From the IMG/VR virus record IMGVR_UViG_3300037991_005116, positions 1 through 39,222 of that record: DNA of 39,222 nucleotides; one strand, given 5' to 3'. Within the stretch, counting starts at the first letter, position 1; the number at the start of each line of letters is the position of its first letter. The notes beneath the pieces were generated by a model. The model was given only the letters and a program-made list of their open reading frames with translations. It did no database searches and had not been told where the DNA came from. Both the position numbers and the translations under genes were made by a program. Below, one piece after another: positions 26,639 through 35,085 of this stretch. This stretch comes from a virus (lineage: Duplodnaviria > Caudoviricetes).

Positions 26639-28633
26639 TCACAAACCTGCATGTTTGCCCTCCAGAAAGTCTTTTCCGCCTTCCGTGATGACGAAGGTCT
26701 TGGCGTATCTCTTGATGAGTTTTTCGTCCCTGGCGGTCGTGATGACTTGCTGCATACGCCAGCGCGACACGCCGAACTGCCCGGCGGCTTCGCGCACTGA
26801 GAGCGGCTGTCCGCGCTCCACGGTGTCCAGATATCGTCTCAGAAGGTCGTCAGAGGTGTTCTCGCGGTCTACCCTCTCTGAGGTTGTCTCCGGGCGGCTG
26901 ACGGGCAGTTTGAGTGGGGTGCCGTGAATGTCCGTCAGATGACTGAACTCGTGGATCTGCATTACCCATTCCATTGGGTCGAACCCCGCGCCGCGAAACT
27001 TCTGGCTATGGTGCAGCGTTTGTTGCGAGGCGTCCTGTGACCAGACGGTCAAGTTGCCGTCTATTTCGTTCAGGAACGCACCGCCGCCTCTCGGAACAAG
27101 GTTGTCCTTTTGGGGGACTTTCCCTGCGGGGTGCGCGATAATGAGCAATGCGGGGCGCTGGTGCGTCTTGCAGAGGTTGCGCAGCCGGTGCGCCATTTCC
27201 ACCATTTGTGTGTTGTCGTTATCATTGTCGCCCTCGAAAAAGGCTTGAAGGCTGTCGACGATTACCATTTTCAAATCCGGCATCGCTTCCATTTTGGAAC
27301 GCAATACTTCCGACCATTCCTTGATGCTGAAACGGCCTTGGACGAAATGAATATCAACATCTTTGGGCGAGAGATTGCGAGCGGCCAATGCGGCGGCGTA
27401 TTGCCATTTGACGTTGTAAGGGTTTTCACCGGCAAGGATCAGAACCTTTCCCTTGCTTGTCTCACGGTCTGCAAACATTTCTCCCCGTGCCACGCTGATT
27501 GCGAATTGAAGGGCCAGTGTTGTTTTGCCGTGTCCTGCGTGGCCGGTCAGGCTATAAGCCACCCCGACAGGCAGCAGCCCGTCGATCAGATATTCCAGCG
27601 GCTGCAAATCGCTCAGGAACGCCGCACTGTCGTCTATGGTGAAGTCCTGGATTGTCTGCGGCGTGGCCTGCACCACCGGCGCTTCCGATTCCGGCGTCCA
27701 TCCCTTCGCCCGCGCGCCGTCGATGGCGGTTTGCACTTCGCGGCGAGTTTGCTCGATGGTGAAGCCGGGAAGCGTAAGGGGGTCTGTCAGGCCGTGGATT
27801 TCATTGTCGGACAGGCCTTTGCCGACGTAGGATGCGACCAGGCGCACAACGCTGTGATGCCACTCCTGCCCGCTGAGGGCCTGGATGCGCACCCGTTCGC
27901 GGTCCATGGGTTGCGGTCCCACGTCAATGGACAAGGGGGCTTGCGGGGCGGCTGCGTCGAACACGCGGCGCATTTGGTCCAGGCTCACGGCCGGGCGGCT
28001 TTGACCGGCTGGAGGCAGCTTCAACTCCGTCAGATGCGGGGCGTATCCCCGCGCCTGTTTCCGGCTGTCAGGCCACGCAACAGTTCCGCCCAGGCGCATG
28101 ATGCGCGATGGGTTGATGACTTTATCATCGCTGTTGAAGTGTCTGGCGATGGCGACCTGCAGGGAACGCCATTCCGCCATGTCTGTGCAGGGGGACGTGA
28201 TCTCCCAATAGGTGTGCACACGAATGGACGGGACGCGGCCTGTGATGACTGCGGCGTTGTATTTGGGGCCGTCGAAGCGGCGCACGTTGTCGGCGCTGCC
28301 TTCGTCGTCGCAGTCGGCCCACAGATAGAAGGCGGCAACGATGTCGGCATCTTTGGCGCTCCCGCCACCAGCGGCGCGGATTGGGTTACGGACGACATAG
28401 ACGTTGTATGAGCGCAGGTTAAGGTCGGTTGCCCAGTGGACTGCCTCGTCAATGTCGCCGGGGCGGAAGCGGGCAGTTTGATTCTGGCAATTTTCCTTGA
28501 AGGCGCGAATTTCGAATTCAACGGGTTCGGCGATTTCATGCCAGCGCGCGGTCATCCACTCCAAATCCGCCTTTATGGCTTCGTGGTTTGGCGTGTTTTC
28601 TTCCATTTCGGGCACCACTGGTCCCCCTCCCAC
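26639..28633 (-). CDS. primase-helicase (RepB-type primase + AAA_25/RecA-like helicase + winged helix)
   Basis: WADCD, VHTYW, D..V.NPSRIMRLGGT; Walker A GHAGHGKT, Walker B VIVDS, IIAH; true start may be 28618 or 28606. Confidence 0.88.
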   Translation of the reverse strand: MGGGPVVPEMEENTPNHEAIKADLEWMTARWHEIAEPVEFEIRAFKENCQNQTARFRPGDIDEAVHWATDLNLRSYNVYVVRNPIRAAGGGSAKDADIVAAFYLWADCDDEGSADNVRRFDGPKYNAAVITGRVPSIRVHTYWEITSPCTDMAEWRSLQVAIARHFNSDDKVINPSRIMRLGGTVAWPDSRKQARGYAPHLTELKLPPAGQSRPAVSLDQMRRVFDAAAPQAPLSIDVGPQPMDRERVRIQALSGQEWHHSVVRLVASYVGKGLSDNEIHGLTDPLTLPGFTIEQTRREVQTAIDGARAKGWTPESEAPVVQATPQTIQDFTIDDSAAFLSDLQPLEYLIDGLLPVGVAYSLTGHAGHGKTTLALQFAISVARGEMFADRETSKGKVLILAGENPYNVKWQYAAALAARNLSPKDVDIHFVQGRFSIKEWSEVLRSKMEAMPDLKMVIVDSLQAFFEGDNDNDNTQMVEMAHRLRNLCKTHQRPALLIIAHPAGKVPQKDNLVPRGGGAFLNEIDGNLTVWSQDASQQTLHHSQKFRGAGFDPMEWVMQIHEFSHLTDIHGTPLKLPVSRPETTSERVDRENTSDDLLRRYLDTVERGQPLSVREAAGQFGVSRWRMQQVITTARDEKLIKRYAKTFVITEGGKDFLEGKHAGL

Positions 28634-28741
28634 TTTACTTTTCGGTATCGCCGCGCCCTTGACGGAGCGCGGCGATCGTGTGGTTTTAGGGTTCGTCGCC
28701 CTCGGCTGGCCTCATTTTCGCGAGTCTGGCCAGTCGGGGTT

Positions 28742-29347
28742 TCAGAATTCCGCGTCAGACGGAACGGGCGCGGTGGGCGCGGTGGGCGCGTCCGGGGCGC
28801 TATCGGTGTCGATGTTCCCGGCGCCTTCCTTGAGACAGTCGGGACGGTCCACCCATTTGACGACTTCCAGAAGCGGTGTGGACGTGCTGCCACGCGCGAA
28901 TTTCTCGTCCTTGACGCCGGTCATGCGGACCAGCGGCAACTTGCCGTCAGTCTGGCCATGCAGGTGTGGGACGAGGTTCACAAAGGCGTTCCACGCGCCC
29001 GCGCCGGATTGCTCCCAGGTTGCGGTTTCGCCGCCCCCAATGGCGCAAACGATCTGAAATCCGCGCTTGTAATCGTCACCCGGTTTGTCGTTGAATTTCG
29101 AAACCGTTGCATTCCACTTCCAGTCAGGCGCTTGTCCTGCGACGCCGCTGGAATAGCACCATCCTGTTTTCATGGTGTCGATGTCCATAACGACGCCGTT
29201 GGTGAACCCCGCAAAGGGCGACTTGCCGTCGCCATCGCGCATGAAGAACGATTTGGCGGGAATACTGCCGTCGTGAGACGATCGCGCGGCCCAGCCGATC
29301 CACGGTCCTTGAGACCCAGACGATCCTTGGTCAAAATCAAAAGCCAT
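28742..29347 (-). CDS. putative single-stranded DNA-binding protein
   Basis: MAFDFDQ... (AAGGA RBS), D..T.KTGW, P.LEVVKWV.RP, acidic-aromatic tail SDAEF. Confidence 0.7.
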   Translation of the reverse strand: MAFDFDQGSSGSQGPWIGWAARSSHDGSIPAKSFFMRDGDGKSPFAGFTNGVVMDIDTMKTGWCYSSGVAGQAPDWKWNATVSKFNDKPGDDYKRGFQIVCAIGGGETATWEQSGAGAWNAFVNLVPHLHGQTDGKLPLVRMTGVKDEKFARGSTSTPLLEVVKWVDRPDCLKEGAGNIDTDSAPDAPTAPTAPVPSDAEF

Positions 29348-29420
29348 TTTCATTTCCTTTGTCGGTTTGCCTTTTCGGGGCGTTGGAATGCGGCGATACC
29401 GTCGCCGCTGCGGCTTTCGG

Positions 29421-30218
29421 TCAGGTGCCGAAAAGTCGGGATCGTGCGGCCTCGTCACCACGCCAATAAAATGAATTTGGATTATGCGGCACGATGCTAA
29501 GGGCTGTGTCGGCGTCCACCGCTGACAGAAACCGCTCAAGGCGGGCAATTTGCAGCTTCGCCTTTGCGAGAACCGTTGCGGGATCTCCGTCTTCGAGGAT
29601 CGCGGATTTCCTGGCCGATACGTAAAGAAACTTGACGGCCTGATTGCCGCGCGCTGATTGGTAGATGGCGCGCTGCAGTTGATGCTCCGCCGACATGACG
29701 GGCGGAATGCGGGTTGTGGTCTTGAGGTCGATGACCAGCCCGTAATCGGGAAAAACCAGATCGAGAAAGCCGATGATCGGGATTGACCATCCGTCGAATC
29801 TGGCCGTGATGTTGATCTTGTCCTGGCCGTCTCCGATAAATTCGGGCTTGCCGTATTGGCGCAATTCGTCAACGGCGATCCGCACCATATCCGGGATCAT
29901 GCTGCGCTCTTTGGCGGCGTCATCGCCGGTCGGAAATTCCTCGTTGAAAGCGTCTATGCAGTTTTCCGTGGCCTTTATCATGTCAGCACCTTGCAGTGTG
30001 GCGACCACGGCATCCTCGACCACCTGACCGCGCCGGGGCGCGGGTCCGAAGGTGCCGCGATGACCGTGCAGATAGCGGGCCACCCACACATCGGGCGCGT
30101 TTGTCCATGTATTGAGGCTGGACGCTGAAAGGTGCTTGATGCCGTGTCTGGCAAAGCCGGTGCCATCGCTGGCCGGAATTGGGGCGGGGACGTAGCTGAT
30201 GCCGAGGTCGATTTTCAT
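29421..30218 (-). CDS. PD-(D/E)XK exonuclease (RecB/Cas4-like)
   Basis: HLSASSLN, IIGFLDL...VIDLKTT, QRAIY. Confidence 0.88.
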   Translation of the reverse strand: MKIDLGISYVPAPIPASDGTGFARHGIKHLSASSLNTWTNAPDVWVARYLHGHRGTFGPAPRRGQVVEDAVVATLQGADMIKATENCIDAFNEEFPTGDDAAKERSMIPDMVRIAVDELRQYGKPEFIGDGQDKINITARFDGWSIPIIGFLDLVFPDYGLVIDLKTTTRIPPVMSAEHQLQRAIYQSARGNQAVKFLYVSARKSAILEDGDPATVLAKAKLQIARLERFLSAVDADTALSIVPHNPNSFYWRGDEAARSRLFGT

Positions 30219-30622
30219 GCGCCGCCCCCAAGCGGCCAAACCCGCACGATAGTCTGCGCAGTGACGCCCCAGACCTTGCGCTTGCGGCTGTCTGCCACCT
30301 GCGCGTCATCGGCAAAGGCGATGCGGTTCAAGCCGTCGAGAATGGCCTTTTCAATGTTGTCGAGGTCGGGCTTCTGCGTGTGAGGTCGGTGCAGATGTTC
30401 GGCGGTTTTCTTCTTTGACCACGACTTGGCGGGCACGAAGGTGGCGATGATTTCAAGTCCGACAGGCCCGTCAATGGGTGTGGGGAAATGCTGCGTTGCG
30501 ATCTGTCCTATCTGGCGCTCGAAGCTCACTGTTTCGCCGGGCGTGTAGGCGCGACCTGACTTGCGGCTGAAACGCGGGCGCTGCTTTGCAAAAGGCTGGC
30601 CGGGGATAATGAATGTGATCAT
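30215..30622 (-). CDS. rusA: RusA family Holliday junction resolvase
   Basis: PGQPFAKQRPR...KPDLDNI.KAILDGLN.IAF.DDAQV. Confidence 0.92.
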   Translation of the reverse strand: MITFIIPGQPFAKQRPRFSRKSGRAYTPGETVSFERQIGQIATQHFPTPIDGPVGLEIIATFVPAKSWSKKKTAEHLHRPHTQKPDLDNIEKAILDGLNRIAFADDAQVADSRKRKVWGVTAQTIVRVWPLGGGA

Positions 30623-30677
30623 CAGCTTATCCCCCGCCTTGCCGTGGCGATATATTGGAGGGCGCACTGTGCAGGGG

Positions 30678-30788
30678 TCATGACAGCCCCCACGCGATAG
30701 CGGCGAACAGCCAGACCAGACCGCCGATCATCGACCAGACGGGAAGGCGTTCACGGCGGGGGACAAGCGGGCGGAGACGCGGGTTCAT
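30678..30788 (-). CDS. 36-aa single-TM mini-protein
   Basis: MNPRLRPLVPRRERLPVWSMIGGLVWLFAAIAWGLS*; ATGA-coupled on both sides. Confidence 0.45.
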   Translation of the reverse strand: MNPRLRPLVPRRERLPVWSMIGGLVWLFAAIAWGLS

Positions 30789-30921
30789 GCGCACCCCCGT
30801 ATGGGTTGGGAGGGCTTCCACGCACAACCGCGCCCTCCCTCTTGCGGCACGAGACGGCCAATGAAACCGCGCGCGCGGAATTGCAAACCGGCAGTTACCC
30901 GGCGAAAATCACGACGGGCGA

Positions 30922-31578
30922 TCATGCTGCGCCTCCCGAATGTGACGCTTGCGCCACATCCCCTTGAACCGGTGACGCAGGGTCATCAGGTTTGAAATCA
31001 TGAACTGCGTCAGCAATCGCCTTGAGTTCTGGCCAGTCAGCCACAGCAACGCGCCCCTTGGATGCGCGCTGAATGCGCAAAGCTACTTCGAGAGACGGCG
31101 ACTTGCGCCGAGTCTCATTTTTGGCGGTCAGCTCCGAAAGAAAACTTGGGGATATCTCAGCCTTTGCGGCGAAGGCGCGGACCGTAATGCGTTCTTCTGC
31201 GAGAAATTGGGATAAGGATGCCATGACCACGTCGCCAACCTTCGTGTCCGTCAGACGATGACGGTCCCGGTAGGCTTCGAGGTCAGCAATGAGGTCGGAG
31301 TTTTCTGACGCGCACTTCGTCGTCACGTTAGACAATTGAGACAACCCAGAAAGTGCAACATTGTGGGCCGGTTTTTCGTGGATGATTGCGACCCTTTCCA
31401 GGTCGAGCGCGTGAGCGCGGGTCTGCACATATTGAACGCGAGTATCATCGACAAGCGACCACCATTCAGCCGCTTTCGAATGCTCCCTGGAGCGCCGAGT
31501 CATGTCGTCGGTAATGCCTACATAAAGCAGCTTCTGGTCCCGGTCATAATGCCGGTAGATGGCGACGGGGCGGTTCAT
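30922..31578 (-). CDS. GIY-YIG nuclease fused to Cro/XRE-type HTH
   Basis: AIYRHYD...LLYVGIT...R..EH...W...E..AI..EKP.HN, then LSQFL...TVRAFAAKAEISPSFLSEL...PSLEVALRI..AS.G.V...DW. Confidence 0.8.
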   Translation of the reverse strand: MNRPVAIYRHYDRDQKLLYVGITDDMTRRSREHSKAAEWWSLVDDTRVQYVQTRAHALDLERVAIIHEKPAHNVALSGLSQLSNVTTKCASENSDLIADLEAYRDRHRLTDTKVGDVVMASLSQFLAEERITVRAFAAKAEISPSFLSELTAKNETRRKSPSLEVALRIQRASKGRVAVADWPELKAIADAVHDFKPDDPASPVQGDVAQASHSGGAA

Positions 31579-31814
31579 GCTGCGCCGTCGCCATCTTGCA
31601 CGGCGGCGTGGACGTTCAGCATCCACTCCGGCGTTACATAAGTTATCCCTCGCTTTTGAGCTGCGGCGACAACCGCCGCTTGGTGCTGTGCCGGGATGCG
31701 ATTGCTAGACGCCCACTTGTGGACCGCCGCTACTTCTTGCCCTACCTCGGCGGCCAGCATCGCGCGTGGCTTCCATTGGTTTATAAGGTCTGTGATGGGT
31801 GATTTGCTGGTCAT
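31575..31814 (-). CDS. Cro-like HTH regulator
   Basis: LINQW..RAMLAAEVG....AVHKW....RIP; divergent from repressor. Confidence 0.8.
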   Translation of the reverse strand: MTSKSPITDLINQWKPRAMLAAEVGQEVAAVHKWASSNRIPAQHQAAVVAAAQKRGITYVTPEWMLNVHAAVQDGDGAA

Positions 31815-31825
31815 GCCCCTTGATA

Positions 31826-31918
31826 ATGGAAGAAACGTCCACACGTCAATAGTGGAAGATACTTCAATAGCGCAAAGGACACGTATCGACATGATGGGGT
31901 CATGGAAGAATCATCTAT
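31826..31918. promoter_or_regulatory. OR-like operators (three 17-bp sites) and leftward promoter
   Basis: ATGGAAGAAACGTCCAC 31826-42, GTGGAAGATACTTCAAT 31852-68, ATGGAAGAATCATCTAT 31902-18; minus-strand TTGACG at 31849-44. Confidence 0.75.
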
Positions 31919-32195
31919 GCCCTTGCGGACTGACCCGGTCATGGTGACCCCGCGCCTGATAGCGGTGCGCGAAGCACTTGGCCTGAACAAGGCTGAATTT
32001 GCAGATCGGATCGGGATAGATCGATCCAGCTACACGAAGATCGAGAAGGCGGAGAAGCCGCTACTTCCTCAGTTCGCTTTCCGCATATGGGAGCTATGGG
32101 GTGTAGATATGAACTACATCTACCTGGGTCGCCTCGACAATCTTCCCGGCCACTTGTCTGAAAAAGTAACCAATCGTCTGACCGCTCGAAATTGA
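31902..32195 (+). CDS. CI-like XRE repressor (HTH only, no S24 peptidase domain)
   Basis: RLIAVREALGLNKAEFADRIGIDRSSYTKIEK; start may be 31917 or 31941. Confidence 0.88.
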   Translation: MEESSMPLRTDPVMVTPRLIAVREALGLNKAEFADRIGIDRSSYTKIEKAEKPLLPQFAFRIWELWGVDMNYIYLGRLDNLPGHLSEKVTNRLTARN

Positions 32196-32331
32196 TATAG
32201 AGCTTGAACGCCGCCGGAGTGGCGTCTTCCAGCCCACATTAGAAGTTTAGTACCCAGCGGGTATCGGACTCGTGTTGGCTTTTTGTTCTCCATCTCGATA
32301 CTAATGGCCACGAGCGGGCTTTTGGTCAAGC

Positions 32332-32384
32332 ATGGAAATTTCTTCTACTTTCGTGTTGACGATGGAAGTTTCTTCCATTAGATT
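32332..32384 (+). promoter_or_regulatory. PL-like promoter with two OL-like operators
   Basis: TTGACG(32356)-N17-TAGATT(32379); the spacer is exactly the palindrome ATGGAAG-TTT-CTTCCAT; second site ATGGAAATTTCTTCTAC 32332-48. Confidence 0.85.
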
Positions 32385-32444
32385 TCTCCATACCGGTTCA
32401 CCTGAACCCTCACACCGCCACCCCGGCGGCGCATGGAGAAAACG

Positions 32445-33017
32445 ATGATCAAACTCACCACCCTTACCACTGTCGCGGCGCTGACTGTTCTGTCTGGCCC
32501 CGCCTTCGCCTTCGGAAACAAGACCTACAACACGAATGTTCAGGGCCAGGCGCAGGGCCAGATACAAGGTCAGGCGCAGGGCCAATCCCAGACGGCCCGG
32601 TCCAATTCCCGGTCGAACGCGAACAACCGCAACAGCGTGTCCAACTCGGTCAATGTCGAAGGATCGGCGTCCGCATCCGTCGGCGCGGCGGGCTGCACGA
32701 ATGGCCTGAGCATTGGTGCCCCCGGTGCCGCCATCGGCTTCTCCCTCTCTGACCGCGACTGCAAGATCGTTGCCGAGGCGCAGATGTTGCAGAGCCTTGG
32801 TCGTCCCGATCTGGCCGCTGCCCACCTGAGCAATATCGCCCGCGTTCGTGCGACCTACAGGGCGGTGAACGCGCAGACCGCGCCCGTGGCTTCGACCCGC
32901 GCCGCACCGCGTCCCGCCTTTACCGTGTGCGAGGTCCGCAATGGCAAGCTGGCGGTCGGTGTTCGTGCCGGAGCCACGCAGGCCCAAGCCGTCGCAGAGT
33001 GCCGCGCCACGCGCTGA
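32445..33017 (+). CDS. secreted Q/N/S-rich protein
   Basis: Sec signal peptide ending AFA; QGQ repeats, N/S-rich tract, four Cys; GGAG RBS. Confidence 0.8.
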   Translation: MIKLTTLTTVAALTVLSGPAFAFGNKTYNTNVQGQAQGQIQGQAQGQSQTARSNSRSNANNRNSVSNSVNVEGSASASVGAAGCTNGLSIGAPGAAIGFSLSDRDCKIVAEAQMLQSLGRPDLAAAHLSNIARVRATYRAVNAQTAPVASTRAAPRPAFTVCEVRNGKLAVGVRAGATQAQAVAECRATR

Positions 33018-33023
33018 CTTCTC

Positions 33024-33049
33024 CATGGGGCGGATTCCTCTGCCCCATG
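33024..33049 (+). terminator. hairpin after the secreted-protein gene
   Basis: CATGGGGCGG-ATTCCT-CTGCCCCATG; no U tract. Confidence 0.45.
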
Positions 33050-33084
33050 CCCCCCGCAGTGAATGACAGAATTGAGGCCACGCA

Positions 33085-33273
33085 ATGACCCCCTCCGGCG
33101 ATAGCCCAGTCCCCGACAATACTTTGGTCCTCGTGACCTACCGCGATGGACGTGTCGAAGAAGCCCCCGCGTGGGCAATCGACTGGGGGCAGCGCGGCGA
33201 CTCCGACGATGTTGTCGCTTGGGAGAACGCAGAGAGAGGTGCCACCCTGAATGAAAGTGAGGAGCCATCATGA
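33085..33273 (+). CDS. small phage protein (PV...V.V.YRDG.....A...DW.....DVVAW family)
   Basis: 62 aa, GAGG RBS; paralogue at 38856-39016. Confidence 0.75.
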   Translation: MTPSGDSPVPDNTLVLVTYRDGRVEEAPAWAIDWGQRGDSDDVVAWENAERGATLNESEEPS

Positions 33274-33626
33274 ACAACCTTGCGCACACTCCCACCGAAC
33301 CGACGTTCCGGCATACGCCATACGATCGGTCAACGATGAGCGCCACACGACGACAGGCGCTTTACGACGAAGCCTCGCAGGCCTGCAAGGATGAGCGGTT
33401 GCGCAATGCCCTGGATGTTCTGTCCCTCAATTATAACAGCCCGCTTGTTACGGGGCTGCTGGATTTGATCGCGGCATCTGACTCCGGGGATTGCGAGGCA
33501 TTTGACGACGCCCGCGACGGGCTGATTGCAACTCTGGACGAATACCGCCCGCCGCGACTGTTGCCCCGAGCCGCGAAAATGATGGCAGAGCATGACCGAA
33601 CAATGGCAGCGCTGCGAAGGGCCTGA
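33270..33626 (+). CDS. hypothetical protein
   Basis: 118 aa, GAGGAG RBS, ATGA coupling. Confidence 0.75.
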   Translation: MNNLAHTPTEPTFRHTPYDRSTMSATRRQALYDEASQACKDERLRNALDVLSLNYNSPLVTGLLDLIAASDSGDCEAFDDARDGLIATLDEYRPPRLLPRAAKMMAEHDRTMAALRRA

Positions 33627-33666
33627 CCCCCATAGCGGCCCTGACCTGTTCCGGGGTCGCTTTACT

Positions 33667-33707
33667 GGCCGGAGGGCGATCCTCCTCCCCGTTCTCCGGC
33701 CCTTTTT
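33667..33707 (+). terminator. rho-independent terminator
   Basis: GGCCGGAG...CTCCGGCC followed by CTTTTT. Confidence 0.6.
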
Positions 33708-33727
33708 AACAGAACGAAGGAAATACC

Positions 33728-33904
33728 ATGTCTACCACCCCGACCACTATCGCGCCGCCGAGGGGCTGCGCACTCCCGGCCCCCCGCCGCGTCCGTGATT
33801 GGGTGTGGCACGACGCGGAGATCGTCATTCTGGACCCGTCCGAATGGACAGACATAACGCCCCCCGCATGGGCCGTGGAAGCGGCGAAAGGGATGCACCA
33901 ATGA
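33728..33904 (+). CDS. small hypothetical protein (58 aa, below the ORF-track cut-off)
   Basis: MSTTPTTIAPPRG...AAKGMHQ*; AAGGA RBS; ATGA overlap with next gene. Confidence 0.55.
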   Translation: MSTTPTTIAPPRGCALPAPRRVRDWVWHDAEIVILDPSEWTDITPPAWAVEAAKGMHQ

Positions 33905-34293
33905 ACCGGCTACCCGATAAATTCCTGAATGCCATTCTGGCGGTGGTTAAACAGGGTCGCCAGTCTCTCAGTGCCGATGGGGCTTGCATGTATCGCGGCC
34001 CCGACGGTTGCAAATGCGCCATCGGACACATGATCCCGGATGATGATTATGACCTTCGATTTGAGGGCAATACGATTGATGATGATGGTGATTTTGTGGA
34101 CATGGGTGTGCCGCTAATCGCAAAAGCCGCAGGAATACTCCGGTCTGAGGCAGATTTCGCGTGGCGGCTCCAAAAAGCCCACGACCTCGCTGACCCGGAA
34201 AATTTCACCCCGGAGTTCTTGCGCAGAACCCGCGAGGCTCTGACTGATTTCGACTATACCATTCCCGATGAAATTGCGGAGGTGGCAGAATGA
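33901..34293 (+). CDS. conserved phage protein (C.YRG.DG..CAIG...LQ.AHD family)
   Basis: ACMYRGPDGCKCAIGHMIPD...LQKAHD; start 33901. Confidence 0.8.
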   Translation: MNRLPDKFLNAILAVVKQGRQSLSADGACMYRGPDGCKCAIGHMIPDDDYDLRFEGNTIDDDGDFVDMGVPLIAKAAGILRSEADFAWRLQKAHDLADPENFTPEFLRRTREALTDFDYTIPDEIAEVAE

Positions 34294-34457
34294 CCCCCGC
34301 CACCCGCCGCCTGATCTCCGACGCCGTGCGCAAGCATATCTCGCGCGACCATGAACGTCGCCGTGCCGATGCCGAGGCCAGCCGCATTTGCCGCGAAAGA
34401 ACGAGAGCATTTCAAGGTCACGATATGAACCATATATCGGAAGGGAATTCGATATGA
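34290..34457 (+). CDS. small basic hypothetical protein (55 aa)
   Basis: MTPATRRLISDAVRKH...; GGAGG RBS, ATGA-coupled on both sides. Confidence 0.5.
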   Translation: MTPATRRLISDAVRKHISRDHERRRADAEASRICRERTRAFQGHDMNHISEGNSI

Positions 34458-34990
34458 AAACCTACAAGATCACCAAGTCTGATATTGACGAAACAGGCCT
34501 GTTTATAGGCGACATCAATACGGACAAGCAAATAGACGGTCATCTGGTAATTGAGGCCGGGCTTGGTTCCGTCCGCTTTTATAACTCACTGAGGGTGAGG
34601 GGGGCGATCCGCGTGGATGCTGGGTCGGGCATCGCCGCTAGCGGGGACATCATAGCTGGCTTTGGCATCAAAGCTGGCTGGAGCATCATCGCTGGCGGGG
34701 ATATCACCGCTGGCTGGGGCATCGCCGCTGGCCGGGATATCACCGCTGGTGGTGGCATCATAGCTGGCTGGGGCATCACCGCTGGGTCGGGCATCACTGC
34801 TGGCCGGGGCATCAAAGCTGGCCTGTCTATTGCCGCTTCCACCGTATCAGCCGGTATGCGCATTTTTGCCGGGACAACCGCCGACAGATTGCCCGCCCCA
34901 GAGGACATGCAAATCCGCGCGCTCGTTGAAAGCGGGGAGGTCTGCTTCGGTGAGGTCGTCGCCCCCGCCCCCGAAGGGGGTAGACGATGA
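34454..34990 (+). CDS. hexapeptide-repeat (beta-helix-like) protein
   Basis: About 11 tandem (G/D/S)-I-x-A-G-x units encoded by an 18-bp repeat at about 34620-34830. Confidence 0.8.
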   Translation: MKTYKITKSDIDETGLFIGDINTDKQIDGHLVIEAGLGSVRFYNSLRVRGAIRVDAGSGIAASGDIIAGFGIKAGWSIIAGGDITAGWGIAAGRDITAGGGIIAGWGITAGSGITAGRGIKAGLSIAASTVSAGMRIFAGTTADRLPAPEDMQIRALVESGEVCFGEVVAPAPEGGRR

Positions 34991-35085
34991 ACGCACATGC
35001 CAAAATTCCCGTTCTCAGAGACGATTTCGGAATCGGCCAAGTGGCCTGCCCAATCCCCTCTGACCGAACCAAAGAAAGAGCGTGC

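Noticed and set aside
26383-26652. 89-aa minus-strand ORF between primase-helicase and the next gene
   Set aside because: Sequence is dominated by heptamer iterons; better explained as the origin
27110-29500. Long plus-strand ORFs (433 aa, 354 aa) and similar ones at 9879-10745, 5051-5845 and 14780-15601
   Set aside because: Antisense shadows of well-supported genes in GC-rich DNA; no motifs or RBS
29421-30218. Cas4-like nuclease suggesting a CRISPR system
   Set aside because: No repeat-spacer array or other cas genes and no four-Cys cluster; context with SSB and RusA indicates a recombination exonuclease
32120-32329. Minus-strand ORF convergent on the repressor
   Set aside because: Overlaps the repressor by 76 bp, no clear RBS or motif; cannot be supported
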